Of a stretch of 64,000 nt of DNA, positions 62,287 to 64,000 are shown one piece after another. The position numbers and the translations under genes were made by a program. Under the pieces are notes generated by a model. It made no database searches. It saw only the letters and a program-made list of their open reading frames with translations, and was not told where the DNA came from. The stretch lies in contig QPGO01000006.1 in assembly GCA_008632985.1 (NCBI GenBank), positions 434,001 to 498,000 on the forward strand. Direction: 5' to 3'. Origin of the DNA: Psammoneis japonica (taxonomy: Eukaryota). Each line of letters starts with the position of its first letter. The stretch's first letter is position 1.

Positions 62287-64000
62287 AAAATGGGGGGGGT
62301 GCAGACGGAAGAAGAGGGGGGGAGAGGGGGAGCGAAGCGACCCCGTTGTTGCTGCTTTAACAAGAGAGAAGGAAGGAAGAGAGCAAACGGAAGCAGCAAG
62401 GAAAGAAGTGAGACGACCGTGCAATGTGTTGTTGCGTTTTTGCGGAGTTGAAGATAGAGCGCATGAGCCTGATGCGCACAAAAGATTTCTGTGGTAGATT
62501 TCACACATGCGCTGTCGCCCCCCATTTCCCATCTTCTATCTTGGTCCCAATTTGAGATGGAACGTTGGCTAGAATCACAGTGCAAATGATGAATCTACAT
62601 TTGCAGGCTGCTTGGATGAACAATGTTCATCATGCGGCACTCTTCCTCAAGCAGCCACCCCCAACAAGTTTGTTTTTGAAAGATGAAAATCCCTGGCTCG
62701 GAAGCAACAGAATTTTTTGGTCAGATCCGATTGCAGATTCGGCGCCAGATGCAACGGCAGCAAATGTGTTGGCAAACTAGTCCAAAATGGAGCAACAGCA
62801 ATTGGCACACAGCATGGCACAGGGCATGGTGCAACAGGGATGGGTGGTGCGCGTCTCGGCGCTGCCTTGTCTTGAGAACACGAGGACTTGGTTTTTTTCG
62901 CGCTCGGCCCCTCAGCACACGTCGGCGTCGGCTGTTGTGACTCGCAGTTCCTTTTGCATGGGTTCACCACAGTTGAAGCAGGATTAGATCGAGTTGCACA
63001 TGGGTTTCTTGTCCCACACTTGCTGCACATGCATCTGTCAGGGTCGTTGTTGCTGCTCGCAGCTGCTGCGCCAAATTTTGCTTTTCTCGCTTCGAGTTCC
63101 TCGCCCGCGCTTTCCAGTTGTTTCGGGCATGCTGAAAAATGCCGCTCACCATTGTCTGCTTTCAATTCTTCGACATTTTCATGCACAGGATGACCGACTC
63201 CCGCTTTCTCCGCCAACTTGTTGTTGTGGTCGAGCCTGCTGTGGTTGAGAAACGTCGGCACCCCACGAAAGGCGTGCGGAATCTTGGCGCGCTCGTCCGC
63301 CGTCATCTCGTCCATTCGAAGACGCTGGCGTGTCGCAATGTTGCATTCACACGTTCCAGCAAGGCACAGTGCATCTATGAAGGTGCTCCTGGAACCGGTG
63401 TTTCCAAAATGCTTGACGATGTGATGAAACTTCTCAAGCTTGGATTCGGTGCCGGTGGTGGTGACGTGCGTGTCAAGCTTGCACTTCGACCATTTTGAAG
63501 GCTTGATGACTCTGTGCAAGTCTCCACGTTGCAAAGGCTCATCGAGTCCACGAGCTGTCACCTTTGCATTTTCCACCGCTGGCTTGGCATCTTCCGTGAA
63601 GAGAGGCCTGCCAGAATCTGGATCATGCCGTCCGCCGGCGTCTGCCGCTCCAGGAGATGCAGAGCACTTGTGCCGATCAAACCACACTTCAAGATTGCTG
63701 TTGCGTGTTGCGAGAGGGTGAGTCCACCTTCGCACACACTTCTGGCAGTTTTTCCATTTCTTGCTCTTCTTGATCTCTTGAATTTCTTTGCTTGCACGTG
63801 TCTTGCCGCAGAGCCTTCCAAACATTAGCGCATTGATCACCCGCGCCTCGTTGGATTCATCATTGTGCCGAATGCAATCTTTCAAGTCACGAACGGCACG
63901 ACAGCAATCAATGTGCGTGCCTCGCAAGGTGCGAATGATTTGGTTAGTCCAGTGCCAAAGACCAAGCCGACACACTGTGTCCTGACCAAAAATTTCTTTC
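62287..64000 (-). mobile_element. Unit 2 of the tandem element (truncated by the window end)
   Basis: Near-identical to unit 1; the differences are overwhelmingly transitions at TA/TG/CA/CG dinucleotides. Confidence 0.85.

Overview
This is eukaryotic, diatom-like nuclear DNA, judged from short GT-AG introns of about 75-90 nt, a bipartite plastid-targeting-like presequence and a diatom-type Copia element. Ordinary gene islands alternate with four repeat-rich domains. The gene islands encode a mucin-like protein, a Golgi alpha-mannosidase II/GnT-II fusion, WW, FYVE-RING, EEP, P-loop-HAD-UPRTase, RING and vWA-alpha-kinase proteins. The repeat domains lie at about 11.5-23.3, 32.3-36.5, 43.5-54.2 and 59.3-64 kb. 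The main signal is that these domains have been systematically mutated at TpA to TpG or CpA (A>G on either strand), the opposite direction to fungal RIP. Four internal comparisons show it: the LTR pair and TSD of a full-length Copia, conserved Tyr becoming Cys/His in catalytic motifs, a mutated copy of a host-gene end whose unmutated parent is in the window, and two tandem copies of a 3.1-kb element. Several intact-looking host genes carry isolated frameshifts that are probably assembly indels. All family calls come from motifs recognised by eye; no database searches were run.
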